Positions 45,844 to 59,926 of a stretch of DNA of 59,926 nt are shown piece by piece. Both the position numbers and the translations under genes were made by a program. The first letter of the stretch is position 1; every line of letters begins with the position of its first letter. The notes beneath the pieces were generated by a model. It searched no databases. It was not told the origin of the DNA and worked only from the letters and a program-made list of their open reading frames with translations. This DNA comes from Escherichia coli (GTDB lineage Bacteria; Pseudomonadota; Gammaproteobacteria; Enterobacterales; Enterobacteriaceae): NCBI RefSeq assembly GCF_003334765.1, contig NZ_QOWT01000024.1; one strand, given 5' to 3'.

Positions 45844-47358
45844 ATGAGTTTTTCCGTTGATGTGCTGGCGAATATCGCCATCGAATTGCAGCGTGGGATT
45901 GGTCACCAGGATCGTTTTCAGCGCCTGATCACCACGCTACGTCAGGTGCTGGAGTGCGATGCGTCTGCGTTGCTACGTTACGATTCGCGGCAGTTTATTC
46001 CGCTTGCCATCGACGGTCTGGCAAAGGATGTACTCGGTAGACGCTTTGCGCTGGAAGGGCATCCACGGCTGGAAGCGATTGCCCGCGCCGGGGATGTGGT
46101 GCGCTTTCCCGCAGACAGCGAATTGCCCGATCCCTATGACGGTTTGATTCCTGGGCAGGAGAGTCTGAAGGTTCACGCCTGCGTTGGTCTGCCATTGTTT
46201 GCCGGGCAAAACCTGATCGGCGCACTGACGCTCGACGGGATGCAGCCCGATCAGTTCGATGTTTTCAGCGACGAAGAGCTACGGCTGATTGCTGCGCTGG
46301 CGGCGGGAGCGTTAAGCAATGCGTTGCTGATTGAACAACTGGAAAGCCAGAATATGCTGCCAGGCGATGCCACGCCGTTTGAAGCGGTGAAACAGACGCA
46401 GATGATTGGCTTGTCCCCTGGCATGACGCAACTGAAAAAAGAGATTGAGATTGTGGCGGCGTCCGATCTCAACGTCCTGATCAGCGGTGAGACTGGAACC
46501 GGTAAGGAGCTGGTGGCGAAAGCGATTCATGAAGCCTCGCCACGGGCGGTGAATCCGCTGGTCTATCTCAACTGTGCTGCACTGCCGGAAAGTGTGGCGG
46601 AAAGTGAGTTGTTCGGGCATGTGAAAGGAGCGTTTACTGGCGCTATCAGTAATCGCAGCGGGAAGTTTGAAATGGCGGATAACGGCACGCTGTTTCTGGA
46701 TGAGATCGGCGAGTTGTCGTTGGCATTGCAGGCCAAGCTGCTGAGGGTGTTGCAGTATGGCGATATTCAGCGCGTTGGCGATGACCGTTGTTTGCGGGTC
46801 GATGTGCGCGTGCTGGCGGCGACTAACCGCGATTTACGCGAAGAGGTGCTGGCAGGGCGATTCCGCGCCGATTTGTTTCATCGCCTGAGCGTGTTTCCAC
46901 TTTCGGTGCCGCCGCTGCGTGAGCGGGGCGATGATGTCATTCTGCTGGCGGGGTATTTCTGCGAGCAGTGTCGTTTGCGGCAGGGGCTCTCCCGCGTGGT
47001 ATTAAGTGCCGGAGCGCGAAATTTACTGCAACACTACAGTTTTCCGGGAAACGTGCGCGAACTGGAACATGCTATTCATCGGGCGGTAGTTCTGGCGAGA
47101 GCCACCCGCAGCGGCGATGAAGTGATTCTTGAGGCGCAACATTTTGCTTTTCCTGAGGTGACGTTGCCGACGCCAGAAGTGGCGGCGGTGCCCGTTGTTA
47201 AGCAAAACCTGCGTGAAGCGACAGAAGCGTTCCAGCGTGAAACTATTCGTCAGGCACTGGCACAAAATCATCACAACTGGGCTGCCTGCGCGCGGATGCT
47301 GGAAACCGACGTCGCCAACCTGCATCGGCTGGCGAAACGTCTGGGATTGAAGGATTAA
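45844..47358 (+). CDS. norR: NO-responsive sigma-54-dependent activator NorR
   Basis: ORF track starts 45769; recognised N-terminus [19 protein letters not shown] begins at 45844, giving 504 aa; GAF domain, AAA+ with GETGTGKE and GAFTGA, C-terminal HTH. Confidence 0.95.
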   Translation: MSFSVDVLANIAIELQRGIGHQDRFQRLITTLRQVLECDASALLRYDSRQFIPLAIDGLAKDVLGRRFALEGHPRLEAIARAGDVVRFPADSELPDPYDGLIPGQESLKVHACVGLPLFAGQNLIGALTLDGMQPDQFDVFSDEELRLIAALAAGALSNALLIEQLESQNMLPGDATPFEAVKQTQMIGLSPGMTQLKKEIEIVAASDLNVLISGETGTGKELVAKAIHEASPRAVNPLVYLNCAALPESVAESELFGHVKGAFTGAISNRSGKFEMADNGTLFLDEIGELSLALQAKLLRVLQYGDIQRVGDDRCLRVDVRVLAATNRDLREEVLAGRFRADLFHRLSVFPLSVPPLRERGDDVILLAGYFCEQCRLRQGLSRVVLSAGARNLLQHYSFPGNVRELEHAIHRAVVLARATRSGDEVILEAQHFAFPEVTLPTPEVAAVPVVKQNLREATEAFQRETIRQALAQNHHNWAACARMLETDVANLHRLAKRLGLKD

Positions 47359-48320
47359 ATAATCCCGGCCTGATAGAAATCCTGCAGGTTTATTGCGCCG
47401 GTGAGTTTGCCGTTTTCATCCACCACCGGTGCGGCAGTGATTTTGCGCTTCATCAGGATCTCTTTGGCGTCGATGGCGCGACTTTGCGATTGCAACGTGG
47501 TGCCGCCGACCGTCATCGCTTCATTGACTGGCGTGGTGAGTGCGCCGCCGCCAACCAGCCAGCGACGTAAATCGCCGTCGGTAAAGACGCCTTGTACCTG
47601 TTGTTGAGCGTCACATACCGCCACCAGCCCCAGACCGGTGCGGCTGAGTTCCAGCATCGCATCCATCACGCTGGCGGTTAACGCCACCTGTGGGATGGCA
47701 TCGTCACGGCGCATCAGATGATGCACTTTATTCAGCAAGCGAGCGCCCAGTGCCCCGGCTGGGTGGGAGCGGGCAAAATCTTCTTCATTAAATCCGCGCG
47801 CCTGCATGACCGCCATCGCCAGCGCGTCACCCATCATCAGGGTATTGACGGTGCTGGAGGTCGGCGCAAGGTGCATCGGGCAGGCTTCGCGTTCTACGGA
47901 GATATCCAGCACCGCTTTTGCCGCCAGGCCCAGCGGTGACGTCGGTTTGCCGGTCATCGCCAGCAGCGCGATAGATTTATCTTCCAGACGCGGAATAATC
48001 AGATCCAGTTCCTTCGCGCCACCGGAGTAAGAGATAAACAGCATCACATCGCGGCTTTCGATCATCCCCAGATCGCCGTGCAGCGCTTCTGCCGGATGGA
48101 CAAAAAAAGCCGGAGTGCCGGTACTGGCAAGCGTTGCGGCGATTTTCTTACCAATGTGGCCCGATTTGCCAATTCCCGAAACCACCACTTTGCCTTCACA
48201 GTGCAGGATGATATTGGCGGCGCGAACAAAATCATCGCCCAGACGTTCCGGTAAACGGCTTGCTTCCTGCAACTCCAGCATTAACGTCTGACGTCCCGCG
48301 TTCAGTAGTGCTTCACTCAT
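47355..48320 (-). CDS. gutQ: D-arabinose 5-phosphate isomerase (SIS plus tandem CBS domains)
   Basis: 321 aa ORF. Confidence 0.93.
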
Positions 48321-49086
48321 TGCTCTCTCCGGTTATGATCACATCGATCCCTTTCTCTTCCAGCGCCTGACGAAACGCCGGATCGATACCTGCGTCGGTA
48401 ATCAGCTTATCGACGCTTTCAAGACTGCAAACTACGTTGGGGCTTTTACGGCCAAACTTTGATGAGTCCGCCATCAAAATCACTTCGCGCGCGGCATTGC
48501 ACATTGCCTTACTGACGGTATAAACCTCGTTAAAGGTGGTTACGCCCGCATTGAGATCGATGCCGTCGGTGCCCATAAACAATTTATCGAAGGTGAAATG
48601 CTCGAAGGCATTCTCTGCCAGTTGCCCGTGAAATGAGGCCGATTTTTTGCGAAACGTTCCGCCTGGCATCAGGATAGTTTGTTCGTTATCCAGTTCGGAT
48701 AGCGCATTGACGATATGCAGGCTGTTGGTCATCACCGTGATGTTATTAAAGCGCGAGAGCAGGGGAACCATCTGCAAAACGGTACTGCCAGCATCAAGAA
48801 TGATCGAATCGCCATCATGGATAAAACTAACGGCAGCTTCTGCAATCAGCTCTTTCTTGTGGGTGTTGATGAGTGTTTTATGATCGATAGGCGGATCGGA
48901 TTCCTCTTTATTCAACACCACTCCGCCATAAGTACGAATGACGGTTCCGGCATGTTCCAGAATGACCAGATCTTTGCGAATGGTTGTGCCTGTGGTGTCA
49001 AAGTATTGCGCCAATTCTTCAACCGAGCATTTACCCTGCTTTTGCAGATACTCCAGAATGGCGGCCTGACGCTGACGAGGTTTCAT
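48313..49086 (-). CDS. srlR: DeoR-family glucitol operon repressor
   Basis: 257 aa ORF with N-terminal HTH. Confidence 0.95.
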
Positions 49087-49152
49087 GGGCGTGATTACCT
49101 GATTTAGGTTTCAAAATGATAACTTCGCAAGCAAGTAACATTCACAACGAAA

Positions 49153-49512
49153 TTATCCACGTTTCAGTTTAAGCGCCAATGATAGAGCATTCTGTGATAG
49201 TGGATCATGGGGAAAGATCACATCGGGCTGTAAATCACCCGCATGCATACCGGTAATTGCGGGAATTTTTTGCGGTCGGGCGAAGACGGTCAGTCCTTTC
49301 ATAAACAAGGTGTCGACGATGCGCTGCTGATCGTCCAGCGCGATGGCGACCACGACCCGCGGTTTAAAGCGCCCGCTGGAACGGCCCACGCCAACCCGCC
49401 CTTGCTGGCATAGTGTGTCGAAGGCACGGTTAAAACGAGAAATTTGCCAGCCGCCTAAGGCCAGTTGCGCACACCAGGCGATAACGGCGACGGTGATGAG
49501 TGCGGATACCAT
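49153..49512 (-). CDS. gutM: Glucitol operon activator
   Basis: 119 aa ORF with N-terminal hydrophobic segment. Confidence 0.9.
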   Translation of the reverse strand: MVSALITVAVIAWCAQLALGGWQISRFNRAFDTLCQQGRVGVGRSSGRFKPRVVVAIALDDQQRIVDTLFMKGLTVFARPQKIPAITGMHAGDLQPDVIFPHDPLSQNALSLALKLKRG

Positions 49513-49545
49513 AACTTTTCCTTAATGTAGTGGCGGAAGTCCTGT

Positions 49546-49574
49546 ATGCCTGATGAGCGTAGCGCATCAGGCAT
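49546..49574. repeat. REP-like palindrome between gutM and srlD
   Basis: ATGCCTGATG-AGCGTAGCG-CATCAGGCAT palindrome; a second perfect hairpin GGAGATCC-TTAAT-GGATCTCC follows at 49590-49610. Confidence 0.6.
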
Positions 49575-49616
49575 TCTATAGTCTCACGGAGATCCTTAAT
49601 GGATCTCCGCTGTTGA

Positions 49617-50771
<1,155 letters not shown>

Positions 50772-50781
50772 GTTTCAGCCT

Positions 50782-52319
<1,538 letters not shown>

Positions 52320-52556
52320 TTATTGTTTTATTACCAAACGGCAACCTAATCTAATCAGATTGAAAGATTTAAAAGTGTTATTTTGATCGCAAAATGAAAG
52401 ATAAATATTTTAATTTGAAAGTTTGAATAAAAGGATAGCGAGGGGAATGAGTTGAGTTATGTAAAGTCCGTATCGGGCAGTGACTACCGCTTCCTTGTGC
52501 GGGGCGTGATGCTTTACCATACTTGCCCCTGGTTGAATCTGTTAAATGGACCCCTC

Positions 52557-53642
52557 ATGTTCAAGCGTCGTTATGTAACATTGCTTCCCCTTTTTGTGTT
52601 GCTTGCCGCCTGTAGCAGCAAGCCAAAACCTACTGAGACTGATACGACCACCGGAACGCCGTCTGGCGGCTTCCTGCTTGAGCCGCAGCACAATGTGATG
52701 CAGATGGGCGGCGATTTCGCTAATAACCCGAATGCCCAGCAGTTCATCGACAAAATGGTGAACAAACACGGTTTCGATCGTCAGCAGTTGCAGGAAATTC
52801 TCTCCCAGGCGAAGCGTCTGGATTCGGTACTGCGGCTGATGGATAACCAGGCACCAACCACATCGGTGAAACCGCCATCAGGTCCGAACGGCGCATGGCT
52901 CCGTTATCGCAAAAAATTTATTACGCCGGACAACGTGCAGAACGGTGTGGTTTTCTGGAATCAGTATGAAGATGCGTTGAATCGCGCGTGGCAGGTGTAT
53001 GGAGTACCGCCGGAAATTATCGTCGGGATTATCGGCGTTGAAACCCGCTGGGGGCGCGTGATGGGGAAAACTCGCATCCTCGATGCGCTGGCAACGCTGT
53101 CATTTAACTACCCACGCCGCGCGGAGTATTTCTCTGGCGAGCTGGAAACCTTCCTGTTGATGGCGCGCGACGAGCAGGACGATCCGCTCAATCTGAAAGG
53201 TTCCTTTGCCGGGGCGATGGGCTACGGACAGTTTATGCCGTCGTCTTACAAACAATATGCGGTAGATTTCAGCGGCGACGGGCATATCAACCTGTGGGAT
53301 CCGGTTGATGCGATCGGTAGCGTGGCGAACTATTTCAAAGCGCACGGCTGGGTGAAAGGCGATCCGGTCGCGGTAATGGCAAACGGTCAGGCTCCAGGCT
53401 TGCCAAATGGCTTCAAAACTAAGTACAGCATTTCGCAGCTTGCCGCCGCAGGTTTAACGCCACAGCAGCCGCTGGGCAACCATCAACAAGCCAGCCTGCT
53501 GCGTCTGGATGTTGGCACCGGCTACCAGTACTGGTACGGTCTGCCGAACTTCTACACCATCACCCGTTACAACCACAGCACCCATTACGCAATGGCGGTC
53601 TGGCAGTTAGGACAAGCCGTGGCGCTGGCGCGAGTACAGTAG
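52557..53642 (+). CDS. mltB: Membrane-bound lytic murein transglycosylase B (lipoprotein)
   Basis: ORF track starts 52452; lipoprotein signal MFKRRYVTLLPLFVLLAACSS begins at the internal ATG at 52557, giving 361 aa. Confidence 0.9.
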   Translation: MFKRRYVTLLPLFVLLAACSSKPKPTETDTTTGTPSGGFLLEPQHNVMQMGGDFANNPNAQQFIDKMVNKHGFDRQQLQEILSQAKRLDSVLRLMDNQAPTTSVKPPSGPNGAWLRYRKKFITPDNVQNGVVFWNQYEDALNRAWQVYGVPPEIIVGIIGVETRWGRVMGKTRILDALATLSFNYPRRAEYFSGELETFLLMARDEQDDPLNLKGSFAGAMGYGQFMPSSYKQYAVDFSGDGHINLWDPVDAIGSVANYFKAHGWVKGDPVAVMANGQAPGLPNGFKTKYSISQLAAAGLTPQQPLGNHQQASLLRLDVGTGYQYWYGLPNFYTITRYNHSTHYAMAVWQLGQAVALARVQ

Positions 53643-53786
53643 CTATTTACAAGAGGGGGGCGTGAGCTTCCCTCTGGCTAATCAGCTTTTTTCTGAATCC
53701 TCCTCGTAAAATTGCAACGCCAACACCATCTTCCTGACGAAAGTGCTATCTTGTCCGGCATAAATTTTTGACTGACAGAGGTTGTG

Positions 53787-54284
53787 ATGACTGACAGTGA
53801 ACTGATGCAGTTAAGTGAACAGGTTGGGCAGGCGCTGAAAGCCCGTGGCGCAACCGTAACAACTGCCGAGTCTTGTACCGGTGGTTGGGTAGCGAAAGTG
53901 ATTACCGATATTGCCGGTAGCTCCGCCTGGTTTGAACGCGGATTTGTCACCTACAGTAACGAAGCCAAAGCGCAGATGATCGGCGTACGCGAAGAGACGC
54001 TGGCGCAGCATGGCGCGGTGAGTGAACCCGTCGTGGTGGAAATGGCGATAGGCGCACTGAAAGCGGCTCGTGCTGATTATGCCGTGTCTATTAGTGGTAT
54101 CGCCGGGCCGGATGGCGGCAGTGAAGAGAAGCCTGTCGGCACCGTCTGGTTTGCTTTTGCCACTGCCCGCGGTGAAGGCATTACCCGGCGGGAATGCTTC
54201 AGCGGCGACCGTGATGCGGTGCGTCGTCAGGCTACTGCGTATGCATTGCAGACCTTGTGGCAACAATTTCTACAAAACACTTGA
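53787..54284 (+). CDS. pncC: NMN amidohydrolase (CinA C-terminal domain family)
   Basis: 165 aa, N-terminus MTDSELMQLSEQVG; gene immediately upstream of recA. Confidence 0.9.
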   Translation: MTDSELMQLSEQVGQALKARGATVTTAESCTGGWVAKVITDIAGSSAWFERGFVTYSNEAKAQMIGVREETLAQHGAVSEPVVVEMAIGALKAARADYAVSISGIAGPDGGSEEKPVGTVWFAFATARGEGITRRECFSGDRDAVRRQATAYALQTLWQQFLQNT

Positions 54285-55425
<1,141 letters not shown>

Positions 55426-55445
55426 TCGTCTTGTTTGATACACAA

Positions 55446-55476
55446 GGGTCGCATCTGCGGCCCTTTTGCTTTTTTA
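55446..55476 (+). terminator. Intrinsic terminator after recA (read-through would give recX)
   Basis: GGGTCGC-ATCT-GCGGCCC hairpin followed by TTTTGCTTTTTT. Confidence 0.75.
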
Positions 55477-55493
55477 AGTTGTAAGGATATGCC

Positions 55494-55994
55494 ATGACAG
55501 AATCAACATCCCGTCGCCCGGCATATGCTCGCCTGTTGGATCGTGCGGTACGCATTCTGGCGGTGCGCGATCACAGTGAGCAAGAACTGCGACGTAAACT
55601 CGCGGCACCGATTATGGGCAAAAATGGCCCAGAAGAGATTGATGCTACGGCAGAAGATTACGAGCGCGTTATTGCCTGGTGCCATGAACATGGCTATCTC
55701 GATGACAGCCGATTTGTTGCGCGCTTTATCGCCAGCCGTAGCCGCAAAGGTTATGGACCTGCGCGTATTCGCCAGGAACTGAATCAGAAAGGTATTTCCC
55801 GCGAAGCGACAGAAAAAGCGATGCGTGAATGTGACATCGACTGGTGCGCACTGGCGCGCGATCAGGCGACGCGAAAATATGGCGAACCTTTGCCAACTGT
55901 CTTTTCAGAAAAAGTTAAGATCCAGCGTTTTCTGCTCTATCGTGGCTATCTGATGGAAGATATCCAGGAGATTTGGCGAAATTTTGCCGACTGA
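55494..55994 (+). CDS. recX: RecA regulator RecX
   Basis: 166 aa ORF downstream of recA. Confidence 0.95.
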   Translation: MTESTSRRPAYARLLDRAVRILAVRDHSEQELRRKLAAPIMGKNGPEEIDATAEDYERVIAWCHEHGYLDDSRFVARFIASRSRKGYGPARIRQELNQKGISREATEKAMRECDIDWCALARDQATRKYGEPLPTVFSEKVKIQRFLLYRGYLMEDIQEIWRNFAD

Positions 55995-56121
55995 ACGCAT
56001 ACGGTATTTTACTTCCCAGTCAAGAAAACTTATCTTATTCCCACTTTTCAGTTACCAGCCCGGCGGTTAAGACACGCTGGAGCTGGTGGCGATATTTCGT
56101 TAGCTTGATTTCAGGATAATT

Positions 56122-58752
56122 ATGAGCAAGAGCACCGCTGAGATCCGTCAGGCGTTTCTCGACTTTTTCCATAGTAAGGGACATCAGGTAGTTGCCAGCA
56201 GCTCCCTGGTACCCCATAACGACCCAACTTTGTTGTTTACCAACGCCGGGATGAACCAGTTCAAGGATGTGTTCCTTGGGCTCGACAAGCGTAATTATTC
56301 CCGCGCTACCACTTCCCAACGCTGCGTGCGTGCGGGTGGTAAACACAACGACCTGGAAAACGTCGGTTACACCGCGCGTCACCATACCTTCTTCGAAATG
56401 CTGGGCAACTTCAGCTTCGGCGACTATTTCAAACACGATGCCATTCAGTTTGCATGGGAACTGCTGACCAGCGAAAAATGGTTTGCCCTGCCGAAAGAGC
56501 GTCTGTGGGTTACCGTCTATGAAAGCGACGACGAAGCCTACGAAATCTGGGAAAAAGAAGTAGGGATCCCGCGCGAACGTATTATTCGCATCGGCGATAA
56601 CAAAGGTGCGCCATACGCATCTGACAACTTCTGGCAGATGGGTGACACTGGTCCGTGCGGCCCGTGCACCGAAATCTTCTACGATCACGGCGACCACATT
56701 TGGGGGGGCCCTCCGGGAAGCCCGGAAGAAGACGGCGACCGCTACATTGAGATCTGGAACATCGTCTTCATGCAGTTCAACCGCCAGGCCGATGGCACGA
56801 TGGAACCGCTGCCGAAGCCGTCTGTAGATACCGGTATGGGTCTGGAGCGTATTGCTGCGGTGCTGCAACACGTTAACTCTAACTATGACATCGACCTGTT
56901 CCGCACGCTGATCCAGGCGGTAGCGAAAGTCACTGGCGCAACCGATCTGAGCAATAAATCGCTGCGCGTAATCGCTGACCACATTCGTTCTTGTGCGTTC
57001 CTGATCGCGGATGGCGTAATGCCGTCCAATGAAAACCGTGGTTATGTACTGCGTCGTATCATTCGTCGCGCAGTGCGTCACGGTAATATGCTCGGCGCGA
57101 AAGAAACCTTCTTCTACAAACTGGTTGGTCCGCTGATCGACGTTATGGGCTCTGCGGGTGAAGACCTGAAACGCCAGCAGGCGCAGGTTGAGCAGGTGCT
57201 GAAGACTGAAGAAGAGCAGTTTGCTCGTACTCTGGAGCGCGGTCTGGCGTTGCTGGATGAAGAGCTGGCAAAACTTTCTGGTGATACGCTGGATGGTGAA
57301 ACTGCTTTCCGTCTGTACGACACCTATGGCTTCCCGGTTGACCTGACGGCTGATGTTTGTCGTGAGCGCAACATCAAAGTTGACGAAGCTGGTTTTGAAG
57401 CTGCAATGGAAGAGCAGCGTCGTCGCGCGCGCGAAGCCAGCGGCTTTGGTGCCGATTACAACGCAATGATCCGTGTTGACAGTGCATCTGAATTTAAAGG
57501 CTATGACCATCTGGAACTGAACGGCAAAGTGACTGCGCTGTTTGTTGATGGTAAAGCGGTTGATGCCATCAATGCAGGCCAGGAAGCTGTGGTCGTGCTG
57601 GATCAAACGCCATTCTATGCGGAATCCGGCGGTCAGGTTGGCGATAAAGGCGAACTGAAAGGCGCTAACTTCTCCTTTGCGGTGGAAGATACGCAGAAAT
57701 ACGGCCAGGCGATTGGTCACATCGGTAAACTTGCTGCGGGTTCTCTGAAAGTGGGCGACGCGGTGCAGGCTGATGTTGATGAGGCTCGTCGCGCCCGTAT
57801 TCGTCTGAATCACTCCGCAACGCACCTGATGCACGCTGCGCTGCGCCAGGTTCTGGGTACTCATGTATCGCAGAAAGGTTCACTGGTTAACGACAAGGTG
57901 CTGCGCTTCGACTTCTCACACAACGAAGCGATGAAACCAGAAGAGATTCGTGCGGTCGAAGACCTGGTGAACACACAGATTCGTCGCAATTTGCCGATCG
58001 AAACCAACATCATGGATCTCGAAGCGGCGAAAGCGAAAGGTGCGATGGCGCTGTTCGGCGAGAAGTATGATGAGCGCGTACGCGTGCTGAGCATGGGCGA
58101 TTTCTCTACCGAGTTGTGTGGCGGTACTCACGCCAGCCGCACTGGTGATATTGGTCTGTTCCGCATCATCTCTGAATCGGGTACTGCTGCAGGCGTTCGT
58201 CGTATCGAAGCGGTAACCGGAGAAGGTGCTATCGCCACCGTTCATGCAGACAGCGATCGCTTAAGCGAAGTCGCGCATCTGCTGAAAGGCGATAGCAATA
58301 ATCTGGCTGATAAAGTGCGCTCAGTACTGGAACGTACGCGTCAGCTGGAAAAAGAGTTACAACAGCTTAAAGAACAAGCTGCCGCACAGGAGAGCGCAAA
58401 TCTTTCCAGTAAGGCAATTGATGTTAATGGTGTTAAGCTGTTGGTTAGCGAGCTTAGCGGTGTTGAGCCGAAAATGTTGCGTACCATGGTTGACGATTTA
58501 AAAAATCAGCTGGGGTCGACAATTATCGTGCTGGCAACGGTAGTCGAAGGTAAGGTTTCTCTGATTGCAGGCGTATCTAAGGACGTCACAGATCGTGTGA
58601 AAGCAGGGGAACTGATTGGTATGGTCGCTCAGCAGGTGGGCGGCAAGGGTGGTGGACGTCCTGACATGGCGCAAGCCGGTGGTACGGATGCTGCGGCCTT
58701 ACCTGCAGCGTTAGCCAGTGTGAAAGGCTGGGTCAGCGCGAAATTGCAATAA
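56122..58752 (+). CDS. alaS: Alanine--tRNA ligase
   Basis: 876 aa ORF, N-terminus [24 protein letters not shown]. Confidence 0.98.
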
Positions 58753-58986
58753 TATAAGCGTCAGGCAATGCCGTGGACTCGCTTCACGGCATTCGCATTA
58801 ACGCTATCGACAACGATAAAGTCAGGTTGAAGTTGTGTATATCGGCTAAACTTAGGTTTAACAGAATGTAATGCCATGACTGCTTAGATGTAATGTGTTT
58901 GTCATTGCTTACTTTTTGGCGTTATATGATGGATAATGCCGGGATACAGAGAGACCCGACTCTTTTAATCTTTCAAGGAGCAAAGA

Positions 58987-59172
58987 ATGCTGATTCTGAC
59001 TCGTCGAGTTGGTGAGACCCTCATGATTGGGGATGAGGTCACCGTGACAGTTTTAGGGGTAAAGGGCAACCAGGTACGTATTGGCGTAAATGCCCCGAAG
59101 GAAGTTTCTGTTCACCGTGAAGAGATCTACCAGCGTATCCAGGCTGAAAAATCCCAGCAGTCCAGTTACTAA
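58987..59172 (+). CDS. csrA: Carbon storage regulator CsrA (RNA-binding)
   Basis: 61 aa [51 protein letters not shown]. Confidence 0.98.
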
Positions 59173-59487
59173 TCTTTCCGCGTCTCATCTTTATCGGTGA
59201 GACGCACCCTCAAAATTTCTCCTTCACTCTATAGTCTTTTCGCTTTACTCCCGTTCATTCAACTTAAGTCTCCATTTTTTTGCATTACTACTATCTGTCA
59301 GACCTCCATTCTTCTGTTGATAAAACACTCTTTTTGACGTTTTTACAGACTAATTGAACGTGAAGTGTGCAAACGATAAAAGTGTAGGAAAAATTGTTTG
59401 ACTTATAAGTCTCAGAAAGTAATATGTGCGCCACGCAGCGACGATGAGCGATAAACAAGTTCTTCGAAGCACTCGTAAGAGGCGTGT

Positions 59488-59580
59488 GGTGAGGTGGCCG
59501 AGAGGCTGAAGGCGCTCCCCTGCTAAGGGAGTATGCGGTCAAAAGCTGCATCCGGGGTTCGAATCCCCGCCTCACCGCCA
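59488..59580 (+). tRNA. serV: tRNA-Ser (anticodon GCU), long variable arm
   Basis: 93 nt; acceptor stem GGTGAGG...CCTCACC plus CCA, anticodon loop CCTGCTAAGG, T-loop GGTTCGAATCC. Confidence 0.93.
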
Positions 59581-59583
59581 TTT

Positions 59584-59660
59584 GCATCCGTAGCTCAGCT
59601 GGATAGAGTACTCGGCTACGAACCGAGCGGTCGGAGGTTCGAATCCTCCCGGATGCACCA
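59584..59660 (+). tRNA. argV: tRNA-Arg (anticodon ACG)
   Basis: 77 nt; GCATCCG acceptor stem, anticodon loop GGCTACGAACC, T-loop GGTTCGAATCC, 3' CCA; 3 nt after serV. Confidence 0.93.
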
Positions 59661-59858
59661 TATTCTACGTACTTTCAGCGATGAAGGTATGGAAGAGGTG
59701 GCGGTAATAACCGCAGGCACCAGGGAGGATAACGTTGCTTTAGCAACGGCCCGAAGGGCGAGCCGCAAGGCGAGTAATCCTCCCGGATGCACCATCTCTT
59801 ACTTGATACGGCTTTAGTAGCGGTATCAAAAAATCTGCAGTAAAGTAAGTTTCCCGAT

Positions 59859-59926
59859 GCATCCGTAGCTCAGCTGGATAGAGTACTCGGCTACGAACCG
59901 AGCGGTCGGAGGTTCGAATCCTCCCG
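59859..59926 (+). tRNA. argY: tRNA-Arg (ACG), second tandem copy, truncated by the window end
   Basis: Identical to the first 68 nt of the copy at 59584-59660; starts exactly 275 bp after it. Confidence 0.85.

Noticed and set aside
56035-57864. 609 aa ORF on the minus strand
   Set aside because: Entirely antisense to alaS, whose 876 aa product is unmistakable; long stop-free antisense frames are common opposite highly expressed genes. No start-site or ribosome-binding-site context suggests it is real.
59180-59205. Hairpin GCGTCTCA-N10-TGAGACGC after csrA as an intrinsic terminator
   Set aside because: Good stem but no U-tract follows on the plus strand, so I did not list it as a terminator; it may still be a stabilising 3' structure.
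59291-59817. 98 aa and 94 aa ORFs in the csrA-tRNA region
   Set aside because: They overlap the tRNA-Ser and tRNA-Arg genes and the inter-tRNA spacer; no coding signal.

Overview
This window reads as a contiguous stretch of Escherichia coli chromosome, and essentially every long ORF can be assigned to a known gene by recognising its translated sequence. In order: a short type I-E CRISPR array next to iap; cysDNC; ygbE; ftsB-ispD-ispF-truD-surE-pcm-nlpD-rpoS; the variable mutS-rpoS segment (ygbN, ygbMLKJ, ygbI, pphB); mutS; ygbA; fhlA; hypEDCBA divergent from hycABCDEFGHI (formate hydrogenlyase and its maturation genes); ascBF/ascG; hydN-hypF; norWV/norR; the sorbitol operon srlAEBD-gutM-srlR-gutQ; mltB; pncC; recA-recX; alaS; csrA; then tRNA-Ser(GCU) and a tandem tRNA-Arg(ACG) array cut by the window end. 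Coding density is high and intergenic regions are explained by recognisable promoters, operators, REP/BIME repeats and hairpins. I found no transposase, integrase, phage or toxin-like ORF and no unassigned multi-gene cluster, so I see no convincing evidence of an undescribed system here. The observations most worth a second look are the CRISPR array (only 6 spacers, no AT-rich leader or cas gene within the window), the rpoS codon-33 allele, the ygbI-N acid-sugar island, and a tRNA-Arg 3' fragment inside the inter-tRNA spacer. All gene identities rest on memory of the protein families, not on a database search; the start codons I moved inward from the ORF track are inferred.
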